From NCBI GenBank assembly GCA_964482235.1, contig CAYZWU010000030.1:2857-66856 (forward strand): a stretch of DNA of 64,000 nucleotides, given 5' to 3'. Below the pieces are notes generated by a model, which was not told the origin of the DNA, searched no databases, and saw only the letters and a program-made list of their open reading frames with translations. Below are positions 36,893 through 46,738 of this stretch, one piece after another. Every line of letters begins with the position of its first letter. Within the stretch, counting starts at the first letter, position 1. The DNA is from an uncultured Phycisphaerales bacterium. GTDB taxonomy: Bacteria > Planctomycetota > B15-G4 > CAYZWU01. The translations under genes and the position numbers were made by a program.

Positions 36893-38022
36893 CCCACGAG
36901 TTCCTCGATCTTTGCCTCCCAGATGGCGTACCTCTTGCTGATCCGCGCCTTCATCTTCTCGAGGATGCGGCGCATCATTACGTTGTCCTCCAGGATCCAC
37001 GAGAGCTCGGCCGACCCGTAGCCGAGGCCGAGGCCGTTCTCCACCGTCTTGTGGATCATCATGGACTCCAGTCCGATCCCGCGAAACTTCTTTCTCACGC
37101 CCAGGGTAAGGACCCGGGTGTGGGTGATCTTGCGCTGCTCCCGAAGGAACCGGATGAAACCGAAGGGGAAGAGCCGGCCGCGAAGACGGATCAGCGCCTG
37201 GTTGAGATCGGGCAGAGTCAGGGAGAACGCCGCGGGCTCTCCGGCCTTCTCGGCGATGAGAGCCAGCTTGGGCACGATCACCGGCTTCAGCTTCTTCGCC
37301 TGCCAGAGGAACTCCTCCCCGGACATGGGGACGAAGGCCCAGTTCCTTTCCCAGGCATCGTTGTAGATCGTCCGGACCAGGGCGATCTCCTTCTCCATCT
37401 CCTTCACGCGGATCGGGCGGATCTCGATCGACTCGCGCTTTGTCTGCCGCTCGAAGAGCCGCTTCATCCGCGAGTAGTCGTTGCTCTCGTCGACGAAGTA
37501 TGCGAGAAGCTCCCTGGCTTTCCGGAGCCCGGCCGCCATCAGCAGTTCGGGGTACCATTCGGGATTGTAGGGCATCATCACGGCGGGCGCGGTGTCGAAC
37601 CCCTCGATCAGGGTGCCGCACTCCTCGTTGGTGGAGAAGCTGTACGGCCCCCTCAGGACGGTCATCCCCTTCTCACGGGCCCAGGCCGCTGCCGTGCGGA
37701 TCAGCGCCTCGGCCACTGCCGCGTCGCGGCAGAACTCGATCAGGCCGAAGCCGGCCGCCTGCTCGCCGTGGAAGCTGTTGTGAGACTCGTTCACCAGGGC
37801 GGCCACGCGACCGACGACCTCGTTTCCCCGGCGCGCCAGGTAGAACTCCGCCTCCCCGTTCCTGAAGAAGGGGTGCCGAGCCCGGTCGAGTTTCTCCTTC
37901 ATGTCGCTGAAAAGGGGAGCCACCCAGCAGGGATCGTTCCGAAAGAGACGAAAGGGAAGGTTCAGGAATTCGCGCCTGTCGCGCCGCCCCCTGACGGGGT
38001 GAACGGTGATGGCGGCTTTCAT
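36889..38022 (-). CDS. GNAT-fold acyl-CoA N-acyltransferase (Acetyltransf_6/FemAB-like). Candidate bacterial ceramide synthase or N-acyl-amino-acid synthase
   Basis: 377 aa, no TM. REFLNLPFRLFRNDPCWVAPL...FYLARRGNEVVGRVAA...GFGLIEF pattern of the FemAB-like GNAT family as I remember it. Translationally coupled to neighbours on both sides. Confidence 0.45.
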   Translation of the reverse strand: MKAAITVHPVRGRRDRREFLNLPFRLFRNDPCWVAPLFSDMKEKLDRARHPFFRNGEAEFYLARRGNEVVGRVAALVNESHNSFHGEQAAGFGLIEFCRDAAVAEALIRTAAAWAREKGMTVLRGPYSFSTNEECGTLIEGFDTAPAVMMPYNPEWYPELLMAAGLRKARELLAYFVDESNDYSRMKRLFERQTKRESIEIRPIRVKEMEKEIALVRTIYNDAWERNWAFVPMSGEEFLWQAKKLKPVIVPKLALIAEKAGEPAAFSLTLPDLNQALIRLRGRLFPFGFIRFLREQRKITHTRVLTLGVRKKFRGIGLESMMIHKTVENGLGLGYGSAELSWILEDNVMMRRILEKMKARISKRYAIWEAKIEELVG

Positions 38023-38025
38023 TCT

Positions 38026-39468
38026 TCAGATCAGTCCCAGCTTCTTGCCGACCTTCTCGAAAATTCCAAGAGCCTGGTCGAGATGATGCCTTTCGTGGGA
38101 AGCCATGATGCTCACCCTGACCAAGGCCTGGCCGGTCAGCACGGCCGGCGCGATGATGGGGTTCACGAAGATCCCTTCGCGCCGGAGAGCGAGCCAGGTC
38201 TTGAAGCAGAGCAGGTCGTTGCCGACGATGACCGGGATGATCGGCGTTTCGCTGTCCCCGGTGTTGAAGCCGAGGTCGTCGAGTCCCTCGTGCAGGTATC
38301 TGGTGTTCCTCCAGAGTCGCTTGACGAGCTCCGGTTCCTCGTCGAGCAGATCGAGAACGGCAAGGACTGAGGCGACCTGTGCCGGAGGCAGCGAGGCGCT
38401 GAAGATCAGGCTCCTGGCGTGGTGGCGGATGTAGTCGATCACCACCCGGTCGCCGGCCACGAATCCTCCGATCGAGGCGAAGGATTTCGAGAAGGTTCCC
38501 ATGATCAGGTCGACGCGGTCGGAGACCCCGAAGTGTGAGCAGGTGCCTTTCCCGTTCGGTCCCATCACGCCGAGGCCGTGGGCATCGTCCACCATCAGGT
38601 TGGCGCCATGCCTCTCGCACACTTCGAGAAGATTCGGCAGGTCGGCCACGTCGCCGTCCATGCTGAAGACGCCGTCCACCACGACGAGCTTTCCATTGCC
38701 GTTGTCGTTGGCCACGATGACCCGTTCGAGATCCTCGGGGTTGTTGTGGTTGAAACGGATCATGCGGCCGAAGGAGAGGCGTGCGCCGTCGATGATGCTC
38801 GCGTGATCGGTCTTGTCGATGAAGACGAGATCGTCCTTGGCCACGAGGGTCGAGAGCGTGCCCAGGTTGGCCTGGAAGCCCGTGGTGAAGACGATGGCGT
38901 CTTCCTTCTCCGTGAAGGCGGCCAGCCTCTTCTCCAGCTTCTCATGGATCTCCAGGGTGCCGTTGAGGAACCTCGAGCCGGCACAGCTCGATCCGTACTG
39001 CTCCAAGGCTTTGCGGGCGGCCTCCTTCACCCGGGGGTGGGTGGTCAGCCCCAGATAGCTGTTCGAACCGAGCATCAGCATCTTCTTGCCGCCCAGGGTG
39101 ATGACCGGTTCCTGGGACGACTGGATGGGACTGAAGTAGGGATAGAAGCCGGATTTCCTGGTTTCATCCGCCCTGGTGAAGTTCCGGCACTTTTCGAAGA
39201 TGTCTCTGTTGTTGTCGGAATCGGGCTGCACGGCTGGCTTTTTTTCCTCCTCGACTTCCGGGTTTTCTTGCTGTTGAAGGCCGGAACGCCACTTGAGAAG
39301 ACCGCGCCCCCAGAAGCCGCGCTGCTCCACCGCAGATGCGCTTCGATTCCCTTTGTCCTGTCGCCAGCTCCAGCGCGACAGGCGGAACGGATTCTTCTGG
39401 AAAAAGGTCTTCGATTCCCCTTCCCGTTCCTTCAAAGCAGTACGATTAAAGAACTCCCGGATTTTCAT
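38026..39468 (-). CDS. alpha-oxoamine synthase (serine palmitoyltransferase / BioF / KBL family, PLP-dependent) with about 85-aa N-terminal extension
   Basis: MLGSNSYLGL, VVDGVFSMDGD, MVDDAHGLGVMG and TFSKSFASIGGF (PLP lysine). Preferred start MKIREFF with an AGGAGC RBS (ATG at 39466-39468). The ORF-track start 39540 is GTG. Confidence 0.8.
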   Translation of the reverse strand: MKIREFFNRTALKEREGESKTFFQKNPFRLSRWSWRQDKGNRSASAVEQRGFWGRGLLKWRSGLQQQENPEVEEEKKPAVQPDSDNNRDIFEKCRNFTRADETRKSGFYPYFSPIQSSQEPVITLGGKKMLMLGSNSYLGLTTHPRVKEAARKALEQYGSSCAGSRFLNGTLEIHEKLEKRLAAFTEKEDAIVFTTGFQANLGTLSTLVAKDDLVFIDKTDHASIIDGARLSFGRMIRFNHNNPEDLERVIVANDNGNGKLVVVDGVFSMDGDVADLPNLLEVCERHGANLMVDDAHGLGVMGPNGKGTCSHFGVSDRVDLIMGTFSKSFASIGGFVAGDRVVIDYIRHHARSLIFSASLPPAQVASVLAVLDLLDEEPELVKRLWRNTRYLHEGLDDLGFNTGDSETPIIPVIVGNDLLCFKTWLALRREGIFVNPIIAPAVLTGQALVRVSIMASHERHHLDQALGIFEKVGKKLGLI

Positions 39469-39671
39469 CTCAGAGCTCCTGTCAAGAAGTCGGGTAGATG
39501 ATAGAGTCAGCATCATGTTGAGGGCAAGTGGTTTTTTCACACATTTTTATGATGCTGCGTCCCGGAAGTGAGGAAAAGAAATTGACTAACAGGCTCGGAT
39601 CCAGAATGATTTCCTGAGGTTATCGAGCGCGTTTCGGTGTCGATCCATTAATAGAAACGGGATTCGTTCCC

Positions 39672-40430
39672 ATGATATATATCTATATCCCTGCGTTTAA
39701 CGAAGAGAAGAACATCGGTCCGATTCTCGACGAGGTTCGCCGCACGCTAGATAGTGCGGATCTCAAGTATCGCCTCGTTGTGGTGAACGACGCCTCCACG
39801 GACAGAACGAGCGAGATCCTGGAGGAGTACGCCAAGACGATGCCCCTCGAGGTGGTCGCTCACGAGAAGAATCTCGATCAGGGCGGGGCGTTTCGATCCG
39901 GGATCTCGAAGATCCTCGATGAAGCGGTTGATGACGACTTCATCATCACGCTCGACGCCGACTCCTCCCACCAGCCCAGCAACATACTCGGCATCTACGA
40001 CAAGCTTCTCGACGGTAGGGACGTCGTGGTCGCCTCTCGCTACAGGCGCGGCGGAGACGAGTGGGGGGCTCCCCGGTACCGGATCTACCTCGCCAAGCTG
40101 GCCAACTGGCTCCTGCACCAGTTCTTCCCCATCGAGGAGGTGTCCGACTACACCGGCTCGTTTCGCGGCTTCAGGGCTTCGGCATTTCGCAAGGCGTGGG
40201 GCGACGAGGGTGTCGAAGTTCTCAAGGAGAACGACTTCACCGTCGTGCCGGAGGTGCTGCTCTGCCTCAGGGGCAAGGGTCTTACCTTCACGGAGATTCC
40301 CCTGATTCTCCGGTACGACCTCAAGCGGGAGAAAACGAAGATCAAGGTGAGGCAGACCCTGAAGGCCACCTCACGCCTGATCTGGCGCAGGATGCTTGGC
40401 GGGCTCAAGCAGCGGCGCAGCAAGTCCTGA
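39672..40430 (+). CDS. family-2 glycosyltransferase, polyprenol-phosphate sugar transferase (DPM1-like)
   Basis: IYIPAFNEEKNI, VVNDASTDRT, LDADSSHQP (DxD-type) and VASRYRRGG motifs. 252 aa. Divergent from the Spt-like gene. Confidence 0.75.
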   Translation: MIYIYIPAFNEEKNIGPILDEVRRTLDSADLKYRLVVVNDASTDRTSEILEEYAKTMPLEVVAHEKNLDQGGAFRSGISKILDEAVDDDFIITLDADSSHQPSNILGIYDKLLDGRDVVVASRYRRGGDEWGAPRYRIYLAKLANWLLHQFFPIEEVSDYTGSFRGFRASAFRKAWGDEGVEVLKENDFTVVPEVLLCLRGKGLTFTEIPLILRYDLKREKTKIKVRQTLKATSRLIWRRMLGGLKQRRSKS

Positions 40431-40443
40431 ATATCCCCTCCGG

Positions 40444-41604
40444 CTACTCTTCCCCCAGAGCCTTGCGGAACTCGCTCTCCAGGTGCTCGAGCATGGCCTC
40501 CCGTCTCCTGTAGAGCCTCTTCAGCGGGCGCTTCTTCGCCCTGGACAGGGCGTAGTGCGTGATGAGGGGCAGCGCCACAGTCGCGTCCATGTAGGCCACC
40601 ACCGCGTCGGGCAGCTGGTCGGGATTGATCTTTCCCCACGACACCGCCTCGCTGGGAGTGGCGCCCGAGAGGCCGCCCGTGTCGGGCCGCGCGTCGGTGA
40701 CCTGGATGAAGAAGTCGTGTCCGACCTCCTCGATGCCGAGGATCTCCTGGATGTGCGGCTCCGTCTGAAGGACGAAGTTCTTCGGGCTGCCGCCGCCCAC
40801 CACGAAGACGCCGGTCCTGCCGGTGCGCTTGGCATCGAGGACGATCGACGTCGACTCGTTCACGTCGAGGGAGGGGTTGAAGCGGAGCTTGTGCCCCACG
40901 ATCTCGAGCATGGCGATGTTCATGCCGATGGTGGAGTCGCCCGGCGAGCTGGTGAATACGGGGACGTCGGCCCGGTACGCGGCAGCCAGGACGGAGACGT
41001 TCCTGAGGCCGCTCTTCCGTTCCCACTCGGCGGCATACTTCCCGAGCAGCCAGTGGAATTCCGTTGTGCTCATCTCCTTCTGGAACTCGGGAGCGTCCAC
41101 GATGTTCTGGAGGATGCGGTCCGTTTTCAGGAGGCAGTCGGTGTACCCGAGGAAGACATCGTAGATGCGGACCACGTCGTTCCGGTGCAGCTTGTCGTCA
41201 TCCGTTTCATGGTGGCCCGCGTGGAGGGGGCAGTTGAAGGCGAAGTGGAGGTCGTGGTACAGGTTGGCGCCCGTCGAGACGATCCAGTCCACGAACCCGG
41301 CCCGGATCAGGGGGATCAGGCAGGAGCAGCCGAGACCGGCCGGCGTCAGGGCGCCCGTGAGGCTCATCACCACGGTCACGTCGTCGGTGAGCATCTTCTG
41401 CGTGTAGAGCTTGCACGCCTCGCCGAGCTTGCGTCCGTTGTAGGCGAGAAAAGCGTTGTCGAGGACCGTGGCGAGCGATTCGCGTCCCGTGATGCCGCGC
41501 GGGAGGATCCGTTTCCCCGAAAGCAGGGCTTTCTTCTCCGCTTTCTTCATTCCCTTGATCCAGTGGGCCTTCTTCTTGAGATAGGGGAATGTCTTTCGAG
41601 GCAT
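40444..41604 (-). CDS. deoxyhypusine synthase-like protein (DHS-like NAD-binding fold)
   Basis: [14 protein letters not shown]...[15 protein letters not shown] and GGGSPKNF resemble DHS family motifs. Similarity judged by eye. Confidence 0.55.
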   Translation of the reverse strand: MPRKTFPYLKKKAHWIKGMKKAEKKALLSGKRILPRGITGRESLATVLDNAFLAYNGRKLGEACKLYTQKMLTDDVTVVMSLTGALTPAGLGCSCLIPLIRAGFVDWIVSTGANLYHDLHFAFNCPLHAGHHETDDDKLHRNDVVRIYDVFLGYTDCLLKTDRILQNIVDAPEFQKEMSTTEFHWLLGKYAAEWERKSGLRNVSVLAAAYRADVPVFTSSPGDSTIGMNIAMLEIVGHKLRFNPSLDVNESTSIVLDAKRTGRTGVFVVGGGSPKNFVLQTEPHIQEILGIEEVGHDFFIQVTDARPDTGGLSGATPSEAVSWGKINPDQLPDAVVAYMDATVALPLITHYALSRAKKRPLKRLYRRREAMLEHLESEFRKALGEE

Positions 41605-41640
41605 GCTCGGATCTCCTTTTCGGTCTTGTCAGCCGGCTTG

Positions 41641-42492
41641 TCAGCCGGTCTTGCCGATCGCTTCCTTCAGGGCGGCCACGCGCTTTGCATCCACAGGTGC
41701 GCTCACCTCGCCGTTCGCCTTGCACCATGTCCCCACGATGGCGGCATCGGCAAAGCGGAAGACCTTTTGGGCGTTATCGGGATTCAACCCGCTGCCGGCG
41801 ATCAGGAAGGCGCCGGGAACGGCGTTGCGGACGGCCTCCAGGTCCTCGATGGCCGGGCCGGATCCTGTTGCCGGACCGGTGACGATCAGGGCGTCGGCCC
41901 GGCCGCGATAAAAAGCGTCGCAGGCGGACCGGGAGATCTCCGCGGGAACCAGGGGGCTGGCGTGCTTCACGTGCACGTCGGCCGCGATGGCGATTTCGGC
42001 ATCGATGCCGCTTCTGTACCGGAGGAGATCGTGGGCCCTCCCCTCGATGATCCCCTGGTCCGTGACCGCGGCGCCGGTGAAAACGTTGACACGGATGAAG
42101 GCCGCACCGGCGGCGAGAGCCGCGCCGAGGGCGGCAAAGCCGTCGTTCCGCAGGACGTTGATCCCTACGGGGCAGGGGAAGCGCCGGCCGATCTCGCGGG
42201 CGATCACGGCCACGAGGGCCGTTGTGTGGGGTTTCACAGTCCGGGGATGAAACGGCGCGTCGCCGAAATTCTCCACGATCAGGGCGTCGGCGCCGCCGTC
42301 GATCCAGGCCGCGGCGTCGGCCAGGGCTCTCTTCTCGATCTCTGCGATCGAAGCCCTGTGCCCGGGGCTTCCGGGAAGTGGCGCGAGATGGATCGTGCCG
42401 ATCAGCGATCCGGCGGCGAGTGGAAATGTTCCGGAAATCATCTCCGCGAGGATAGCGGACGCTTTCATCCGGTTCAACCGGGAATCCGTCAT
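41641..42492 (-). CDS. BtpA/SgcQ-family TIM-barrel protein
   Basis: GTIHLAPLPGSPG near the N-terminus is the BtpA-family hallmark. Start MTDSRL at 42490-42492. The remainder of the 953-aa ORF 41641..44502 is antisense artefact. Confidence 0.6.
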   Translation of the reverse strand: MTDSRLNRMKASAILAEMISGTFPLAAGSLIGTIHLAPLPGSPGHRASIAEIEKRALADAAAWIDGGADALIVENFGDAPFHPRTVKPHTTALVAVIAREIGRRFPCPVGINVLRNDGFAALGAALAAGAAFIRVNVFTGAAVTDQGIIEGRAHDLLRYRSGIDAEIAIAADVHVKHASPLVPAEISRSACDAFYRGRADALIVTGPATGSGPAIEDLEAVRNAVPGAFLIAGSGLNPDNAQKVFRFADAAIVGTWCKANGEVSAPVDAKRVAALKEAIGKTG

Positions 42493-42708
42493 TGTTCCCC
42501 GGCCGGCCGGTGAAGGGACTCTCGCGGAGGGACGAAAGGCCTTTTCAGGCGGGAAAGAAGAGGTATTAGCCAATTTATATATAAAGAATATCTGATATAT
42601 TTCGATAATAGAAAGTGTCGGATAAAAAAACTTATAGGTCCGGGCAGCCAACCTGGGGGGGCGGCAGAAAGACAACACCATAACTCTTGATAGAAAAAGG
42701 GGTTGAGG

Positions 42709-45066
42709 ATGAATCTCAAGACGATTTTCTGGTCCGTCATATTGTTGACGCTGCTGGCGCTCTGGAACTGCGGCGGCGGCGGGGGAGGCGGTGGCTCTCT
42801 TCAGGGTCCTGCCGAGACCGGTGACCGCGGCGGGGGCGGAGAAGGCGGAGGCACCGACGGAGGCAGCGGTTACGGTGATTCGGACTTCGAGGTCTCGAGG
42901 GGGCCCTATGGTGGGGACCGCTTCAATGTGGTGATCGATCCACTCGATCCCAACCACATCATCACCGATTCGTGCGATCAGAGCGGAATATGGCTGAGCG
43001 AGGACGGCGGCGAGGAGTGGCGCCGCTGCTCGCCGCAGGGCTCTGCTTTCGAGCGCGCCAACACGCTGATCGCCCTGATGCGCGGCAGCGAGGGCGGCCC
43101 TGACGAGATCCTGGTGGGCATCGCCGATGAGCACGAAGCCACGAGCGCATTCTGGAAGGTCCCGCTCCGGTCGCCGGACGTCGAGGCGGCCCAGGAACTG
43201 CCCGGCGTCGTCTCCCGCATCAAGCGCCTCACCGTGGACCCGCATCCCTCGCGTCCCGGGCGGATCGCCGCGGTCTCGTTCTCCCTTGCCAACCTGCTCG
43301 AGGTGAGCCTGGGAAACATCGTTTTCAGCAGCGACAGGGGCGCCACCTGGAGTCGGTGGTACGCAGGTTCCCGCTATCATGCCGTTCTCGATCTCTGCTT
43401 CGCTCACGGCGGCGAGCGCCTGCTCATCGCCTCGGCCGGCTCGCTGTCGGTCACCGACCTCAATCTCCTCTACGAGGATGAGGGGACTGACGGCGTGCTC
43501 GAGGTCATCTACTCCCTGGAGAGCAACGTTCCCATCAGGCCGGATTGGGTGGCAAGGTATTCGATCGATGAAGTTCCCTGCGTCGTCGTCGCCGATCCCC
43601 AGACCGGTGCGCTGGTCGAACCGTACACCCTTCTCACCGGAAGCCGTGTCCAGGCTTTTGCCATGGATCCCGGCCTCGAGAATGTGATCTGGTTCGCCCA
43701 CTCCCTCGGCCTGGCCCGATCGGTCAGCAACGGGATGACGGCCGAGGACGTGCAGATGGCTCTGACTGGATCGCGGAGCGGTTTCATCACCCCGATGAAG
43801 CACCAGGGCATCACCGTTCTCGATGATCCCGGCTCCGGCGGGGAGGAGACGGTCTTTCTCAGCCTCGGCGGCGGCCTCAGCTGGAACAGGGGGATCTTCA
43901 AGCTCCAGTACGACGTGGAGTCCTCCCTCTGGCAGGCGGAGCGGGTATCGCCAGGTCCATCGACGCGGTTCCAGGAATATCCCAAGGGCCCGGTCTGCGC
44001 CGCGCCGTCGGACGGGAGAAGGCTCTATGCGCCGTACTGCCAGGACTCGATTCTCCGCTCCGACAACTTCGGGGAGATCGAGACCTGGACGGTGGCGAAG
44101 AAGGGGCTGACAGGGGTCAACGTGTTCGGCGTGGTCGAGGATCCGTCGGACTCGAGCGTGGTGATGGTGACCGGACAGAACGTGATCCGGCGCAACAACA
44201 ACCGGATCGCGAACTCCGAGTGGCTGCCCTTCGTGATCCAGCAGGACCAGGTGACCGCGAACCTGAGGGCCGGAGCCATCGTCGATCCCGAGGATTCGAA
44301 CCGGTGGCTCGTGGCAGGCGGCGCCGGCGCCGGCGTCAACCTTAACGGCGGCGCCTGGCTCACGAACGACGGCGGATACACCTGGGAGCGCACGCTGGGC
44401 AGCAACGAGAACCAGGAGACCAATCCGCAGGTCTACGCCATCGCGCAGCATCCCGAGTATCCGGAACTCGTGGCGGCGGCGAGCGGGCTCTGGTGCGGCC
44501 ACGGTACGGCGGGTGTCTTTGCCAGCCTCGAGCGGGGGGCGGCAGGGAGCTTTGTCCAGGTCCTCGGCGACGGAGCCTACGGAGCCCTGGCCGCACTGGA
44601 GATCCCTGGCGAGGCGGGCACCATCCTTGCCGGCGGGGAAGCCGGCCTGGCTCTCCTCACGATCTCCGCCGGCGGCGAGGTTGAAGCAATGAAGCTCGCG
44701 TGGGAGAACGGAGCGATCGCCGCCCTGGCCTGGGACGGCACCACCGTCTACGCCGGGACCGCGGAGGGGAAGATCTTCTCCATCGAGGACGATTCGCTGC
44801 GTGAACCAGGCGCGTGGTACGAGCTCGACGACATCGGATGCGAGATAACGGCCCTGGCCGTCTCGTCGGCGAGACCGGGCGAGATCTATGCCGGAACGAC
44901 GGAGAACGGGATCTTCCGCAGCCTCGATGGAGGCGGGGTGTTCGACCTGTTCGCCAGCGGGCTGGAGAGCAGCGAGCAGAAGGTGTTCTGCCTGCTCATC
45001 TCATCGAGGGGGGACCGGCTCTACGCCGGCACGCTCGGCGGTCTTGCTGTCCGGAAGCTGGATTGA
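42709..45066 (+). CDS. lipoprotein with BNR/Asp-box repeats (two predicted beta-propellers; sialidase/sortilin-like fold)
   Basis: Signal plus Cys (LLALWNCGGGGGG) and a Gly-rich linker. Asp-box motifs SEDGGEEW, SSDRGATWS, TNDGGYTWE, SLDGGGVF. ATG 42709 with an aaggggttgagg RBS. Confidence 0.65.
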   Translation: MNLKTIFWSVILLTLLALWNCGGGGGGGGSLQGPAETGDRGGGGEGGGTDGGSGYGDSDFEVSRGPYGGDRFNVVIDPLDPNHIITDSCDQSGIWLSEDGGEEWRRCSPQGSAFERANTLIALMRGSEGGPDEILVGIADEHEATSAFWKVPLRSPDVEAAQELPGVVSRIKRLTVDPHPSRPGRIAAVSFSLANLLEVSLGNIVFSSDRGATWSRWYAGSRYHAVLDLCFAHGGERLLIASAGSLSVTDLNLLYEDEGTDGVLEVIYSLESNVPIRPDWVARYSIDEVPCVVVADPQTGALVEPYTLLTGSRVQAFAMDPGLENVIWFAHSLGLARSVSNGMTAEDVQMALTGSRSGFITPMKHQGITVLDDPGSGGEETVFLSLGGGLSWNRGIFKLQYDVESSLWQAERVSPGPSTRFQEYPKGPVCAAPSDGRRLYAPYCQDSILRSDNFGEIETWTVAKKGLTGVNVFGVVEDPSDSSVVMVTGQNVIRRNNNRIANSEWLPFVIQQDQVTANLRAGAIVDPEDSNRWLVAGGAGAGVNLNGGAWLTNDGGYTWERTLGSNENQETNPQVYAIAQHPEYPELVAAASGLWCGHGTAGVFASLERGAAGSFVQVLGDGAYGALAALEIPGEAGTILAGGEAGLALLTISAGGEVEAMKLAWENGAIAALAWDGTTVYAGTAEGKIFSIEDDSLREPGAWYELDDIGCEITALAVSSARPGEIYAGTTENGIFRSLDGGGVFDLFASGLESSEQKVFCLLISSRGDRLYAGTLGGLAVRKLD

Positions 45067-45170
45067 GGCAAGGGAGGAATTCAAGTGCCGGTCCATGACC
45101 GGCAGCTGAGATAACCGAATCCGCGCTGCTTGAGGGGGCTCTGCGCGGAAGAAGGGGCTGGGCCGCCCAT

Positions 45171-45284
45171 CACCCATGGAAGAACCAGGTGGGTGATGGT
45201 GCGGTCCTGGCTTTTTGCTCAGCTCCCGAAGCTCCGGCCCATCTCCAGGGCCTTCATGTTGATTTCCACGGTCCTCGGCTTGAC
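45171..45284. repeat. direct repeat copy A: duplicated 3' end of iorB (last 21 codons) plus downstream sequence
   Basis: 45220-45284 matches 46806-46870 at 62 of 65 positions. 45171-45212 matches 46739-46782 at about 85%. Copy A in reverse translation reads VKPRTVEINMKALEMGRSFGS*. Confidence 0.85.
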
Positions 45285-46738
45285 CTGCAAAACCTAAGTC
45301 TATCACCAGGGGATGATATCAAGACGAAGACGTCTGTCTAAGGGTGTGGAATTAGTCCTTGGCGTATAACGCGGACGGACTTTTCCGGAGGGGCAAAATC
45401 TAAAAATGAACTTGCAAAATAGAAATAATATTCTAATTTGCAAGACGTGATACGAAGAAGAGTTCGGCAACAACTTCTTGAGCGTCTGAAAATCCATCCG
45501 GCTGTGGCGCTGATCGGGCCACGCCAGTGTGGCAAGACCACCTTGGCGCAAACTCTGGGCGGAACCTATTTCGACCTGGAGCAGGAACCCGAACGCCTGC
45601 GCCTCGATCTGGAATGGGGGAGTCTCGAGGCAGGAAAGGACCTGGTGATTCTGGACGAGGCTCAGTCCTGGCCGGAGGTCTTCACCCGCCTGCGAGGGGC
45701 CATCGATAAGGATCGCAAGCGCATGGGCCGTTTTCTCCTGCTTGGATCCGTCTCTCCCTCGTTGATGGTTCAGGTTTCCGAATCCTTGGCAGGTCGCCTG
45801 TCGTTGATCGAGTTGACGCCGTTCTTCATGACTGAACTCACTACAAAGGCATCGCGGGAACACCTTTGGTTGTTTGGTGGGTACCCGGATGGCGGTGTGC
45901 TTGAACCCAAGCAATATCCGCGATGGCAACTGGACTACCTGGCACTGCTGAGCCAGCGGGATTTACCTTCATGGGGATTGCCCGCCAAACCGCAGACAAC
46001 CGACCGCTTGTTGCGCATGCTTGCCGCTTTGCACGGTCAGGTATGGAATGCTTCGCAGGTGGGGCAAAGCCTGGGACTTTCTTATCAGACAGTCAACAGC
46101 TACCTCGATTACTTCGAGGGCGCCTTTCTGACACGGCGACTCCAACCCTTTCAGGCGAACATCAAGAAACGGTTGGTCAAGAGCCCCAAGGTATACTGGC
46201 GCGACAGTGGTTTGCTTCATGCTCTCCTGAACGTATCGGACGAACGCGGCCTGCTGGCGCAACCATGGGTGGGGGCCAGCTGGGAGGGTTTCGTGATTGA
46301 GCAGGCGCTCGGCGAAATGTCTTCGCGCGGGCGGAATTTCAATGCCTACTACTTTAGAACCAGCGATCAGCACGAGCTTGATCTGGTGCTGGACTTCGGA
46401 AAAGATCGCTGGGCCGTCGAGGTGAAACTATCGTCCTCACCCGGCCTGGATGACATGAGACAATTGGATAAGACCGCTGACATGATCAGCGCAACACGTC
46501 GTTTCCTGGTATCGCAGACAAGCCGGTCGAGCGATGATGGGCGCCGGGTTTCCTGTAATCTGCCTTCGTTTCTGAAGCATCTTCGTGAGGAATCATAGTC
46601 GTATCAGAAAAAACACGGTCCGCCCGGTGCGCCTCCGGGTGGGCGAAAGCCTGGCAATGAACCATGGTTATACTGAACGACATGATCAAGACCGGATGTT
46701 CTTGTCGTGCGGGCATCGGACCGCGATCGCTCAGTGCA
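45285..46738 (+). mobile_element. about 1.45 kb lower-GC insert between the direct repeats, carrying one AAA ATPase gene. Candidate remnant of an integrated element
   Basis: Bounded by the imperfect direct repeats. AT-rich leader 45285-45437 (about 42% GC) with inverted repeat CTTGCAAA...TTTGCAAG. Codon usage of the ATPase gene differs visibly from flanking genes. No integrase or transposase in the window. Confidence 0.4.
45438..46598 (+). CDS. AAA-family ATPase with C-terminal DUF4143-like domain
   Basis: P-loop LIGPRQCGKTTLA, Walker B VILDEAQ. 386 aa. ORF-track start is TTG 45438. GTG 45447 is an alternative. Confidence 0.7.
   Translation: MQDVIRRRVRQQLLERLKIHPAVALIGPRQCGKTTLAQTLGGTYFDLEQEPERLRLDLEWGSLEAGKDLVILDEAQSWPEVFTRLRGAIDKDRKRMGRFLLLGSVSPSLMVQVSESLAGRLSLIELTPFFMTELTTKASREHLWLFGGYPDGGVLEPKQYPRWQLDYLALLSQRDLPSWGLPAKPQTTDRLLRMLAALHGQVWNASQVGQSLGLSYQTVNSYLDYFEGAFLTRRLQPFQANIKKRLVKSPKVYWRDSGLLHALLNVSDERGLLAQPWVGASWEGFVIEQALGEMSSRGRNFNAYYFRTSDQHELDLVLDFGKDRWAVEVKLSSSPGLDDMRQLDKTADMISATRRFLVSQTSRSSDDGRRVSCNLPSFLKHLREES

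Noticed and set aside
41641-44502. 953-aa minus-strand ORF
   Set aside because: Only the last 283 codons (BtpA family, start MTDSRL at 42492) look real. The rest is antisense to the BNR lipoprotein gene, which has strong motifs and a signal peptide.
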